DNA of 63,701 bases, filler included, from Octopus bimaculoides (Eukaryota), in the NCBI RefSeq assembly GCF_001194135.2. It is 11 parts of 11 records of this genome, joined end to end, with 100 filler letters (N's around TTAATTAATTAA, not from the genome) between each part and the next. Parts side by side here need not be neighbours in the genome. Positions count along the whole stretch, not along the records: positions 62,525 to 63,701 come from NW_026387533.1; 10 more parts are not named here. The stretch is one strand, 5' to 3'. Made by a program: the position numbers and the translations under genes. This document shows positions 62,760 to 63,701 of this stretch, piece by piece. The notes beneath the pieces were generated by a model that made no database searches, was not told the origin of the DNA, and was given only the letters and a program-made list of their open reading frames with translations. How positions within the stretch are numbered: position 1 is the first letter of the stretch; each line of letters begins with the position of its first letter.

Positions 62760-63701
62760 TACATACATACATACANNNNNNNNNNCATACATACATACAT
62801 ACATACATACATACATACATGCATTCCAGCAAGCATACATACATATAAATATATTTATATACATACATACATATATATACATATGCATATATATATATGT
62901 GGGTGTGTATATATATAATACATAATATAAAATACATCCATATCTGCATACATACATACGCACACACATACACGTACATACGTGCATATATACATGCATA
63001 CATTCATCTCGATAACTGCTTTTCAGGCGATTTTGGTCCCTGTGAGAACGTATGTATACAATTATGTACTTTGAATGCAGCATTTGAGCGTTTTGTTCTT
63101 ATTTCTAGCAACGTAGGTGCTTACAACACCCTCAGTTATGTCAAATGACGGTTGTAGCTATATACACATGTATATACATATATATATNNNNNNNNNNNNN
63201 NNNNTATATATATATATATATATACATAAATATATACACATATATATATACCTACATATTTATACATATATATATACCTACATATTTATACATATTATAT
63301 ATATACCTACATATTTATACATATTTAAACATACGTATGTTTATATAATACATAATATGTAACGTATACATACATTCATACATACATGCGTATATATGAG
63401 CATGCCTAGATATGCATCTATATTCATGAGAATACATACATAACTCGAAGCATGCAAATCTGCAGACATACATACATAGATGCATACACGCATACATACA
63501 TACATACTTACATACATACATATATACTACGTGCACACTGAGTATTTTATCAAAGCTGAAAATATTTCTCAAACTATAACCAGTTGCATGTGTTCTAAAT
63601 ATATCTGATGAACGGTTTGTAAAGTCTTTTCAGCTTCAATGGAATACTATTTTACTTTACCTGTGGTATTCGTGCAGGCATTTTCCCACCGCCATTTGCG
63701 C

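Overview
AT-rich, gap-riddled eukaryotic non-coding DNA. The repeat repertoire and microsatellite load suggest an Octopus/cephalopod genome (inference). Ten identical 100-nt scaffolding linkers (N44-TTAATTAATTAA-N44) split the window, so adjacency across them is not guaranteed. No host gene can be identified confidently; there are only a few weak exon candidates. The window is dominated by four tRNA-headed SINE families (my labels A-D), mariner remnants, a 5'-truncated CR1-type LINE, Penelope-like termini and microsatellites. Repeat boundaries were read by eye and are approximate. Most interesting: (1) a ~1.8-kb ORF1-only (CCHC zinc-knuckle) Tx1/L1-like retroelement at 51535-53465, inserted with a perfect 12-bp TSD between the A and B boxes of a SINE-B head, plus a second related 3' fragment (4244-4572) inserted in the A-box region of a SINE-A head, which together hint at a retrotransposon system targeting tRNA-like SINE heads; (2) a 261-bp palindrome (17533-17793) built from two inverted copies of a Penelope-type minimal hammerhead ribozyme end; (3) a CR1-type LINE whose 3' end matches the SINE-A tail, a candidate LINE-SINE partnership.
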